A DNA stretch of 64,000 nt from a virus: IMG/VR virus record IMGVR_UViG_3300023274_000002, positions 6,633-70,632 of that record; one strand, given 5' to 3'. Below the pieces are notes generated by a model. That model was not told where the DNA came from. It saw only the letters and a program-made list of their open reading frames with translations, and searched no databases. Shown here piece by piece: positions 37,734 to 45,011 of this stretch. Within the stretch, counting starts at the first letter, position 1; every line of letters begins with the position of its first letter. Both the position numbers and the translations under genes were made by a program.

Positions 37734-37912
37734 TGGCAGGTCAGGGAGTGTGCGCCGCCAAGCTCGGTAAGCCGTACCAGATGCGCGAGTGCGGCAAGCC
37801 GGCCATCTACCTGACCGCCGAGGATCTGAGCGGCGTCAAGTACTCCGGGTGGTTTCACGTCGATCCCGAGGACGATCGCGATCACTGGCCCGTCCCGAAG
37901 CACGAACTCTGA
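37733..37912 (+). CDS. small Cys/His protein
   Basis: C..CGKP..WFHVD..H; terminator at ~37923-37948. Confidence 0.5.
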   Translation: MAGQGVCAAKLGKPYQMRECGKPAIYLTAEDLSGVKYSGWFHVDPEDDRDHWPVPKHEL

Positions 37913-37953
37913 AGCGCCACCCGCCCCCGGTCACCGCGACCGGGGGCCTTCTC

Positions 37954-37982
37954 TTGCGGTTGGGGGGTAGTGGGGGTACAGT
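37954..37982 (+). promoter_or_regulatory. promoter TTGCGG-N17-TACAGT (leaderless mRNA)
   Basis: Motif copy, ATG 6 nt downstream. Confidence 0.8.
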
Positions 37983-37988
37983 AGGAGC

Positions 37989-38153
37989 ATGACCGAAACG
38001 ATGCAGCGAATGGCCCTTCCGAGCGTCAAGAACGTGACCGGACTTCCCGTCGCGCACTGGGTAGACAGGATGATCCTGATGCGCGCGGTCCGTCGGCGCA
38101 TGACCAGCATCGAGTACATCGCCTACTGCAAGAGCGCCACGTCCATCCGGTAA
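37989..38153 (+). CDS. leaderless cassette gene, 54 aa
   Basis: Manual translation MTETMQRMALPSVK..; terminator at ~38167-38194. Confidence 0.5.
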   Translation: MTETMQRMALPSVKNVTGLPVAHWVDRMILMRAVRRRMTSIEYIAYCKSATSIR

Positions 38154-38197
38154 GCCAGCGCCACCAGCCCCCGGCCCACGCGGCCGGGGGCTTTCTC

Positions 38198-38226
38198 TTG
38201 CGTCCTGTGGGTAGTGGGGGTACAGT
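38198..38226 (+). promoter_or_regulatory. promoter TTGCGT-N17-TACAGT
   Basis: Motif copy. Confidence 0.8.
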
Positions 38227-38255
38227 AGAGATACGCCGAGCGAGGGAGACGGAAC

Positions 38256-38423
38256 ATGAAGCACTTCGATCACGAGCACAGCAACGCGTTCGATCTGCTG
38301 ACCTGCACCGCCGTTGACGGCCTCGTGGTGCGCGTGGCGCCGACCGAGCGCCCGCATCGTCCGATCGTCGACCGTCCCGCCGTTCCGGGCGCCGCCTCCC
38401 GTCACCGGAGCCGCCGTCGCTGA
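38256..38423 (+). CDS. cassette gene, 55 aa
   Basis: GAGGGAG SD; terminator at ~38437-38464. Confidence 0.5.
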   Translation: MKHFDHEHSNAFDLLTCTAVDGLVVRVAPTERPHRPIVDRPAVPGAASRHRSRRR

Positions 38424-38553
38424 TTCCGATTCCCGCAACCCCCACCCGATCGGGTGGGGGTTTTCGTGCGCCTAGATCGGACATGGTTGGCACGTGACGC
38501 ATGCGATGCGTCGTGCGATAATCTAGGTCATCTAGGGAATGGAGGTTGAACCG

Positions 38554-38775
38554 ATGGATGACGGCGAGAGTGTGGGCGGTGACCACCTGATGACCACGGC
38601 CGAGGTGGCTCGGAGGTTCCGAGTGGACCCGACCACGGTGAACCGGTGGGCCAAGGCCGGCCGGCTCGCCGGCATCCAGGTCTTCCCCGGCGCGCACCGG
38701 CGCTTCCGGGAATCCGAGATCCGTGCACTCCTGGAGGGGGGCGACGATGGCAACGACGACCAGGGTTCGCGGTAG
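38554..38775 (+). CDS. BldC-family / excisionase-like HTH protein
   Basis: LMTTAEVARRFRVDPTTVNRWAKAGRL..GAHRRFRESEIRALL closely resembles Streptomyces BldC. Confidence 0.85.
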   Translation: MDDGESVGGDHLMTTAEVARRFRVDPTTVNRWAKAGRLAGIQVFPGAHRRFRESEIRALLEGGDDGNDDQGSR

Positions 38776-41017
38776 TTCGGCCGCGGCAGAGCGCGAGCAC
38801 CACCGGACCAATCTGTGGGCGCAGCTCGCCCGCTTCGTCGGCCTGTTCCTCTCGCCCGCCCTCGGCCTGCTCGTCGCCTGGCTGCTGCACATCTGGGTGA
38901 TGGGCGTCAGCCTGCACTGGGGACCGATCGACGTCGAGCGCCGGACGCCGGCCGCCGCGCCGTTCGTCGCCGTCGCGATCGTGACCGCGGCGACCATCGG
39001 TCTGTCCGTGCTGGGCTGGCACATGGTCGAGCACCGTAAGCCGGTCCTGCGGTACGCGCTCGCCGGCTCGATCGCCACCGTCGGCGTGCTGTTCGCCGTC
39101 AACCTCGGCGCCGGTCCGACCTACTGGTGGGGCCCGCTGTTCATCGTCGGCTCGTGGGCGGTCGCCGTCGTGTGGGCGATCAACCGGCTCGACGTAGCCC
39201 GCAACGACAAGGGCGGCGACGAGAACCGGGAGGACGGCTTCCTGGAGCGTCACGGCCTGAAGGGCTGGCGCGCCCGCGAGGTGAGGCACGTCGCCGACGC
39301 CAAGGGCCGCCCGGTGGCCACCGAGATCGAGTTCGAGCACGCCGAAGGCGATACGGTCGATCAGCTCCAGGACGCGGTGCCCGCGTTCGAGTCGGCGACC
39401 GGCAGTCCCACCGGCATGTCGGACGCCACCGGCGACGACCGCGCGGACCGCTCGCGTCTGCGCGTCATGCACGTCGACCCGCTCAAGGAGTCGCCGGAGC
39501 TTCCGCCGTTGTCCTGCCCGGGCGGCTCGATCGCCGAGGCGCTGATGATCGGTATGTACAAGACCGGGGATCCGGTCAGGCTCAACATCGCCGGTGGCCC
39601 GGGATTCACGCCTACCTCGATCCTGTGGATGGGCATGACCCGCTCGGGCAAGACGTCCACCGAGAACGAAGCCATCACCGAGATGGAGTCCCGCCGTGAC
39701 GTGGTGCTTCTCTACCTGAACCGCGCCAAGGGCATGCAGGACATCCGCACCGTGATCCCCGGCATCGAGGCCGCCGTGATCGCCGACGAGGCGGACGAGG
39801 GTGGCCTCTATCGGGAAGCGATGGTCCAGCTCAAGAAGATCTTCGGTTACCGCCAGCGCCAGCTCGCCCTGTTCGCCGTCGATGCCTGGACGCCGGAGTG
39901 CTACAGCTCGCCGCCGTGGCGCACCGACGAGAACGGCCGGCGTGTGCAGATGGAGCCGATGCCGTTCCTGTTCGTCCACTTCGGCGAGGCCGACGACATC
40001 CTGCGGGAGGATCGGCGCGGCGAGTCCGTCTACCTCGCCAGCAAGGGCCTGTCGCTCGGCGTGGCCACCTCGTGGTCGCTCCAGCGCGCCGACCACACGA
40101 TGATGCCGACCGGCCTGCGCTACAACATCGGCGCCCGGCTGTGCTTCGGGATCGGCGACAGCGAGTCGGCCGAGTTCGCCCTGACCGACGACGTGATCAA
40201 GGCGGGCGCCCACCCGGAGTACTGGCGCGCGTTCAAGCCCGGCTATTTCTATTTCATCGGCCCGAATGTCGACCCTACCCTCTTCCCCGTTTTCGCCCGC
40301 TCCTACGGCCGCACCGACGACGGCGGTTCGGTGAGCGCGGAATTGCTGCGCCGCAATATGACGTGGGGTCCGAGAATGGCGAAACTGGACGCCGGCTCGG
40401 TGGCCTCCACCGACGGTTGGTGGGAGAAGACGGTGGCCGAGACGGACGCGCTCCGGGCGCGGCTGCTGACTGGCGCCGCACCGCAAGTTGCTCCGCAAAC
40501 CCGTCCCGCAACTCCGCAGACCGAGGAGGAGCAGGATGCGCAAACCGACCGCGAGACCCGAGAGGAGACGGACAAGGAGATGCGCGAAACCACGCAGGTC
40601 GAGGGGGTGGAGCTGTACCCGGACGTCGAGGGGGGTGGCGCGACACCCGAGCACGCAAAGAAGGTCTTCCCGCCCCTGCCCGCAAACGAGGAACTGACGT
40701 GGGAGTCGGAGAAGCCGGCCCCGCGGGACCGCAATGCCGCAGTCGAGGCGCTCCGGCGCGCGCTGCTCGAGCTGTCCCAGGACGCGACTCTGCGGGATCC
40801 GTCTGACCCGACCGGGCGGACCGTGATCCTCAAGCCGGGGATGGTGCACGACCGGTACCCGTTCCGGTCGCGGCCCTGGTTCACCGAGGCCCTGATCGAC
40901 ATGGCCACGGGCAAGCTCGACGCCGGCAACGGGCTGGTGCTGACGGCCATCACGGAGCCCGGTTTCGAGCCTGGTTCGTACCGGCTCCAAATCGTTCCCG
41001 ATGGGCACATTCGGTGA
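38747..41017 (+). CDS. traB: TraB-type FtsK/SpoIIIE conjugative DNA translocase
   Basis: Four N-terminal TM helices, Walker A GMTRSGKT, SLQRA, AGAHPEYW..KPGYFY, C-terminal wHTH with RSRPW, as in Streptomyces plasmid TraB. Confidence 0.85.
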   Translation: MATTTRVRGSSAAAEREHHRTNLWAQLARFVGLFLSPALGLLVAWLLHIWVMGVSLHWGPIDVERRTPAAAPFVAVAIVTAATIGLSVLGWHMVEHRKPVLRYALAGSIATVGVLFAVNLGAGPTYWWGPLFIVGSWAVAVVWAINRLDVARNDKGGDENREDGFLERHGLKGWRAREVRHVADAKGRPVATEIEFEHAEGDTVDQLQDAVPAFESATGSPTGMSDATGDDRADRSRLRVMHVDPLKESPELPPLSCPGGSIAEALMIGMYKTGDPVRLNIAGGPGFTPTSILWMGMTRSGKTSTENEAITEMESRRDVVLLYLNRAKGMQDIRTVIPGIEAAVIADEADEGGLYREAMVQLKKIFGYRQRQLALFAVDAWTPECYSSPPWRTDENGRRVQMEPMPFLFVHFGEADDILREDRRGESVYLASKGLSLGVATSWSLQRADHTMMPTGLRYNIGARLCFGIGDSESAEFALTDDVIKAGAHPEYWRAFKPGYFYFIGPNVDPTLFPVFARSYGRTDDGGSVSAELLRRNMTWGPRMAKLDAGSVASTDGWWEKTVAETDALRARLLTGAAPQVAPQTRPATPQTEEEQDAQTDRETREETDKEMRETTQVEGVELYPDVEGGGATPEHAKKVFPPLPANEELTWESEKPAPRDRNAAVEALRRALLELSQDATLRDPSDPTGRTVILKPGMVHDRYPFRSRPWFTEALIDMATGKLDAGNGLVLTAITEPGFEPGSYRLQIVPDGHIR

Positions 41018-41157
41018 CACCTGTCAGGTGACACCCGGACGCCCGCCCCGGCCGTCTGGCGTATAGGGGGGATCGCTTCTGACACCCCCCTATCTGACAC
41101 CTGACACCCCCTATCTGACACCCGGCACTGATCACACCCCGTATACATCTGACACCC
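41015..41157 (+). repeat. clt-like locus of co-oriented TGACACC repeats
   Basis: Exact TGACACC at 41015, 41029, 41080, 41095, 41102, 41116, 41150 plus TCACACC at 41132, directly after the traB stop. Confidence 0.75.
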
Positions 41158-41169
41158 CGAGGAGAGGGC

Positions 41170-41514
41170 ATGGTTGACGGTTACGAGGGCATCTGGACGC
41201 CCCACAACTCCAAGGAGTTCGAGGCTCGGCAGGCGGACATCCGGCACCACTTCCTAGGCAACTCGATGCGCCTGGTGGAAGTCGGCGTGGACCTGCGGCG
41301 CGAGCTGCCCCGCGCCAAGAACGTCTCCGGCTCGCCGTGGGCGTTCGGTGCCGATCTGAAGATCGCGGCATGGCAGATCAATCGGCAGTTTGCGCAAGCC
41401 GCCGCATCGCAGGTCGCCAGCGCCGCGGCCATCGCCCGGGCGTACGAGATCTTCCTGGGCAGCTTCCACAACCGCAAGTCCGGCTCGAGTCAGGGCCGGT
41501 TCGACGCAGCCTGA
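41170..41514 (+). CDS. TraA-like plasmid transfer protein
   Basis: Helical, AWQINRQFAQAAASQ..AAAIARAYEIF resembles TraA of pSN22/pJV1-type plasmids; adjacent to traB. Confidence 0.5.
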   Translation: MVDGYEGIWTPHNSKEFEARQADIRHHFLGNSMRLVEVGVDLRRELPRAKNVSGSPWAFGADLKIAAWQINRQFAQAAASQVASAAAIARAYEIFLGSFHNRKSGSSQGRFDAA

Positions 41515-41583
41515 TCACGCAAACCTGCGGACCGCAGGTTCGTGCCTGCGGTCCGCAAACCTCACCGAGAAGGAGTCCGCAAC

Positions 41584-41901
41584 ATGGCTAAGACGTTCGC
41601 GCAACTGTCCGCAGAGATGCAGGCCGTCCAGACCGAGGTCGTCAAGCTGATCGGTCGGGTGGAGGCGATGTACAGCCACGGCCGCACCCCCGACCTGTTC
41701 GACGCCGCGCTGCGCACCGCTGGCATGACAGAGGGGCAGATCGGCGAATACGGCAGTGCCCTGCGGTCGTATTTCCGATCGCTGGACGATGAATTGACAA
41801 GCGCGTCGAAAACGCTCGGCGCCCTGGCCCACATCGTTTCGGCCGCCGACCACAAAGCGCGCCGCGGCAATTCGGGGTCGCTGGTTCTGGAAAGCCGATG
41901 A
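41584..41901 (+). CDS. helical hypothetical protein (transfer module)
   Basis: AAGGAG SD. Confidence 0.55.
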   Translation: MAKTFAQLSAEMQAVQTEVVKLIGRVEAMYSHGRTPDLFDAALRTAGMTEGQIGEYGSALRSYFRSLDDELTSASKTLGALAHIVSAADHKARRGNSGSLVLESR

Positions 41902-42197
41902 GCACCCGCACGACCGCCGAAGCTACGGCGTGGGCGGCAGCCTGGGTCCGGCGACTGAAGGTGATCCAGGAGGAGATCGAGCAGTTCTTGCCGACCGTCG
42001 CGGCCGACGGTCTGGCCGATGGACTGGTGGCAGCCGGCGTGCGGCCCAGCCTGGCCAATCAGTACGCCGGGGCGATGGCGCGCCACCGCCGGTCCGCTGT
42101 CGGCAATCTGTCCGACGCGGTGCGTGACCTGGACGCCGTGATCACGGAACTGCGAGACGCACAGGGGCGCGCGGGGAGAGTGATGCCGCTGAGGTGA
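41898..42197 (+). CDS. helical hypothetical protein (transfer module)
   Basis: ATGA coupling. Confidence 0.55.
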   Translation: MSTRTTAEATAWAAAWVRRLKVIQEEIEQFLPTVAADGLADGLVAAGVRPSLANQYAGAMARHRRSAVGNLSDAVRDLDAVITELRDAQGRAGRVMPLR

Positions 42198-42240
42198 GCC
42201 GCCTCCGTGCTGTAATGGGCGTGACGAGAGGCAGGAGACG

Positions 42241-42621
42241 ATGCTCAGCAAGGGCGAGTGGAAGCAGGAAGCGGAGCGGGCCGCGGCGCGCAAGATGGGC
42301 GAGGACAACGCCGGCTGGTTCTTCTTTCGGCGCTTCCTGGCCGCACCGCTCGCGGTGGTCGGTCTGGCTGCGGCGGTCGCGCTCGGCGTGAGGTGGCTGT
42401 GGAGCCGGGCGACGGATGCGGTGGGAGGCTTCTCCGCTCCCGACAGCTCCACCAGTTCCGCCGCCTGGTTCGTTCTCGGTGGCCTGGTCATCGTCACGGC
42501 GGTGGCGTTCCGTCCGCGCGAGATGCCGACCCCCGCACACATCCTGCTGCTGAAGCTGATCGTGTTCGGCCTGGCCTGGCTGGGCACGTTGGCCTACCTG
42601 ATCGCCTACTGGCTTTCCTGA
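42241..42621 (+). CDS. membrane protein (Spd-like candidate)
   Basis: Three TM segments; hairpin at ~42633-42663 follows. Confidence 0.55.
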   Translation: MLSKGEWKQEAERAAARKMGEDNAGWFFFRRFLAAPLAVVGLAAAVALGVRWLWSRATDAVGGFSAPDSSTSSAAWFVLGGLVIVTAVAFRPREMPTPAHILLLKLIVFGLAWLGTLAYLIAYWLS

Positions 42622-42730
42622 TCCCCCTGACGAAAGCCCCCCGCTCACCGGGCGGGGGGCTTTCGCATGGGCGCACCCGTCACCTAGCATGAGACGCATC
42701 CGATGCGAATCGGGCACGAGAGGAGACGAC

Positions 42731-43198
42731 GTGACGAGTAGGGAACTGGTGCCCCGGGTGGAGACCATCGTGGGCACCCAGCATGACCTGGAGATGGTGC
42801 TGCGTGTCGCCGCGCATCGCGGCCGCCTGCTGACCGAGGTGGAGAAGATCCCCGTCCGCGAGATCGGCCCGGGTCTGTACGCGATCAAGGCTCGCATGCT
42901 GATGCCCGACGTGAAGGTGCCGCTGCGCACCCGCCTGCGCAAGTGGGATCGGTCGCACCCGATCATGTCGGCGATGCTGAAGGCGATGGCGTTCGCGGTC
43001 GCCTCCTGCGCCCTGATCGTCGGCGCGATCCTGGCCGCCATCGCGATGGTCCGCCACGCGATGGCGGGTGTCGACGCCCGCCCCATCGTCGGGGGATTCG
43101 TCTTCGCCGTGATCGTGCTGCTCATCCTGGCCAACCGTCTCAACCACGCCGGCGCATGCCCCGGCGTTGCCGTGCACTGCCAGGGGTGCAAGCACTAG
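42731..43198 (+). CDS. membrane protein with C-terminal CPG..HC.GC motif
   Basis: GAGGAG SD before GTG; two TM helices. Confidence 0.55.
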   Translation: MTSRELVPRVETIVGTQHDLEMVLRVAAHRGRLLTEVEKIPVREIGPGLYAIKARMLMPDVKVPLRTRLRKWDRSHPIMSAMLKAMAFAVASCALIVGAILAAIAMVRHAMAGVDARPIVGGFVFAVIVLLILANRLNHAGACPGVAVHCQGCKH

Positions 43199-43312
43199 CT
43201 TGCGATACCATCGCAGGACGGCGATGGTCGAGCCCGCTGGTCCCCCCGGGGGAGCGGTGGGTCTACCCGGAAAGGCCGGGCGTCGTAGAGCGCAAGTCGA
43301 CCAGCTAAAGAC

Positions 43313-43350
43313 GAAAAAGAAGCCGCCCCCGACCTGAGCCGGGGGCGGTC
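43313..43350. terminator. terminator between convergent arms
   Basis: GCCGCCCCCG..CGGGGGCGGT hairpin with A-run to the left. Confidence 0.7.
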
Positions 43351-43364
43351 CTGCGTGCGGTGGG

Positions 43365-43616
43365 TCAGAGGTTGGCGCGAGCCTTCTCCCGCTTGGCCTT
43401 GAACGCGGTCACGGCGCCGAGCGCGGTCGCCAGCGCAGCGGATGCCACGGTGGTCCACCATCCGCTCCAGCCGGACGTGTCCACGTTGGTCAGCGCGTCG
43501 ATCACGCCGTCAAGCACGCCGTCGAACACGACGGTGAGCCCGCCGGTGACGAGCAGGCCGAGCTTGGAGTCGTTGAAGAGTCGGTTCTTCCCGTTGGGCT
43601 GTTCCGTGCTGGGCAT
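43365..43616 (-). CDS. holin-like membrane protein
   Basis: Two hydrophobic segments, basic C-term, end of lysis cassette. Confidence 0.55.
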   Translation of the reverse strand: MPSTEQPNGKNRLFNDSKLGLLVTGGLTVVFDGVLDGVIDALTNVDTSGWSGWWTTVASAALATALGAVTAFKAKREKARANL

Positions 43617-44218
43617 TACGCCTCCTGTGGTTTGCGGCCCCGCCAGGGCCGGCGCCCGGTGAAAGGCCAGGCGAGTATGAGAGAGATCAGCGCGCCGAGC
43701 GCGCCCGGGATCAGGATCGGCGCCGACGCGAGCAGGATCCCGAAGACGGCCGGCGCGTCCCGCCAGAACTGCCGGCCGTACGACCGGCGCGAGTTGAAGC
43801 ACGACGCGAGCCGGACCGCGGCCCACATCTGCCACCGCGTCAGCCACGACACCCCGAGGTCTTCCATCGCTCGCCGGAAGATCCCATCCGTCTCGCGAGA
43901 CGTGGCGGGAGGCCGGGGCAGGTAGCCGGTCGGCCGCCCGCGGAAGCGGTACTCCCGTGCCCACGCGGCCAGCTCGACCAGCAACCAGTCGTGCAGCACA
44001 GCCGCGCGGGTGTACGGGCCGTACGGGCGGACCTTCCAGATCAGGAACCGCGGCACCGTGGCGAAGTCGGTCACGAAGCCGACGGGCACGGTGAACGTGT
44101 CGCCCTCGGTGCCGGTCCAGATCAGCGGCGCCAGCACCCGCCACGTGTCGTCGGTGCACTCCTGGACGCTGAGCCGCGAGTCGAACGCGTCCGGCCGCGG
44201 TGTGGTCAACATAGTCAC
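43616..44218 (-). CDS. DUF1353 family protein
   Basis: VPVGFVTDFATVPR..AAVLHDWL..D.IFRRAM..V...R..MWAAVR. Confidence 0.8.
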   Translation of the reverse strand: MTMLTTPRPDAFDSRLSVQECTDDTWRVLAPLIWTGTEGDTFTVPVGFVTDFATVPRFLIWKVRPYGPYTRAAVLHDWLLVELAAWAREYRFRGRPTGYLPRPPATSRETDGIFRRAMEDLGVSWLTRWQMWAAVRLASCFNSRRSYGRQFWRDAPAVFGILLASAPILIPGALGALISLILAWPFTGRRPWRGRKPQEA

Positions 44219-44233
44219 GGGTCTATCTTCCCA

Positions 44234-44620
44234 TCACGTCCGGCCGGCGTGCGGGGTGATCTCCGGCGGGGTCTGATCGAAGTGCCGGAGCCAGTCTTCG
44301 ATCGTCACGCCGGGCATGCGCGCGTACATAAGCATCTCGGTGTGCCGCCGGTAGGCGTCCGACAGCGCCTCGTTCATGGCGTTGACCTGAACGCTCAGTT
44401 CGGTCGCCTGATTCTTGACCCGGTGCAACTCCTGCCGGGTCTCGGCGAGTTCGGCCTTGGTCTCGGCCACCTCGTGCCGCAGGTCCCGGATCCGAGTGAC
44501 GTCCAGGTTCTGCGCCTGCACGGCGGTCGCCCGGCGCGCGTTGCGGCTGACCAGGAGGATGCTCGCCGCGGCGATCAGGAGTGAGATCAGGGTCAGGACA
44601 TCCTTGGTCTCAAGCGTCAT
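44234..44620 (-). CDS. membrane-anchored coiled-coil lysis accessory protein
   Basis: N-terminal TM plus coiled coil. Confidence 0.55.
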   Translation of the reverse strand: MTLETKDVLTLISLLIAAASILLVSRNARRATAVQAQNLDVTRIRDLRHEVAETKAELAETRQELHRVKNQATELSVQVNAMNEALSDAYRRHTEMLMYARMPGVTIEDWLRHFDQTPPEITPHAGRT

Positions 44621-45011
44621 GATCCTGATCCTTACCCATCCCGGTCGGCTCGGGCCATCCCGCGATCCGCCACACCGCCCACGCGAAAAAGCCCCAGATG
44701 CCGATCGAGCTGAGCGGTACGTCGCCGAGCACGCAGCCGAAGACGCAGCCGAGCCCCCACACGACCTTGATGCTGATCGCTGCGTAGAAGCCGGGCAGGC
44801 TCGGCCGCCGGAACGCGTAGAACAGGCAGATGACCCCGACCGCGGCCCACGCCACGGCCCAGAAGAAGATGGGCACCACGGCGTCGAACCAGCGCGAGGT
44901 GCCCGACGGCGGCCCGGTCAGCAGCCAGGTTGCGTACACGAAGTCCACCAGCGAGAACGCCACCAGGAACGATCCCCGGAAGCCGACGCTCCGGTGGAGC
45001 TTGAGGATCAC
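44610..45011 (-). CDS. four-TM membrane protein (holin-like)
   Basis: Hydrophobic; follows endolysin. Confidence 0.6.
   Translation of the reverse strand: MILKLHRSVGFRGSFLVAFSLVDFVYATWLLTGPPSGTSRWFDAVVPIFFWAVAWAAVGVICLFYAFRRPSLPGFYAAISIKVVWGLGCVFGCVLGDVPLSSIGIWGFFAWAVWRIAGWPEPTGMGKDQDHDA

Noticed and set aside
34640-38470. Repeats with unique spacers resembling a CRISPR array or integron
   Set aside because: Spacers are hundreds of bp and coding, repeats are promoter-shaped, and no cas gene or integron integrase is present
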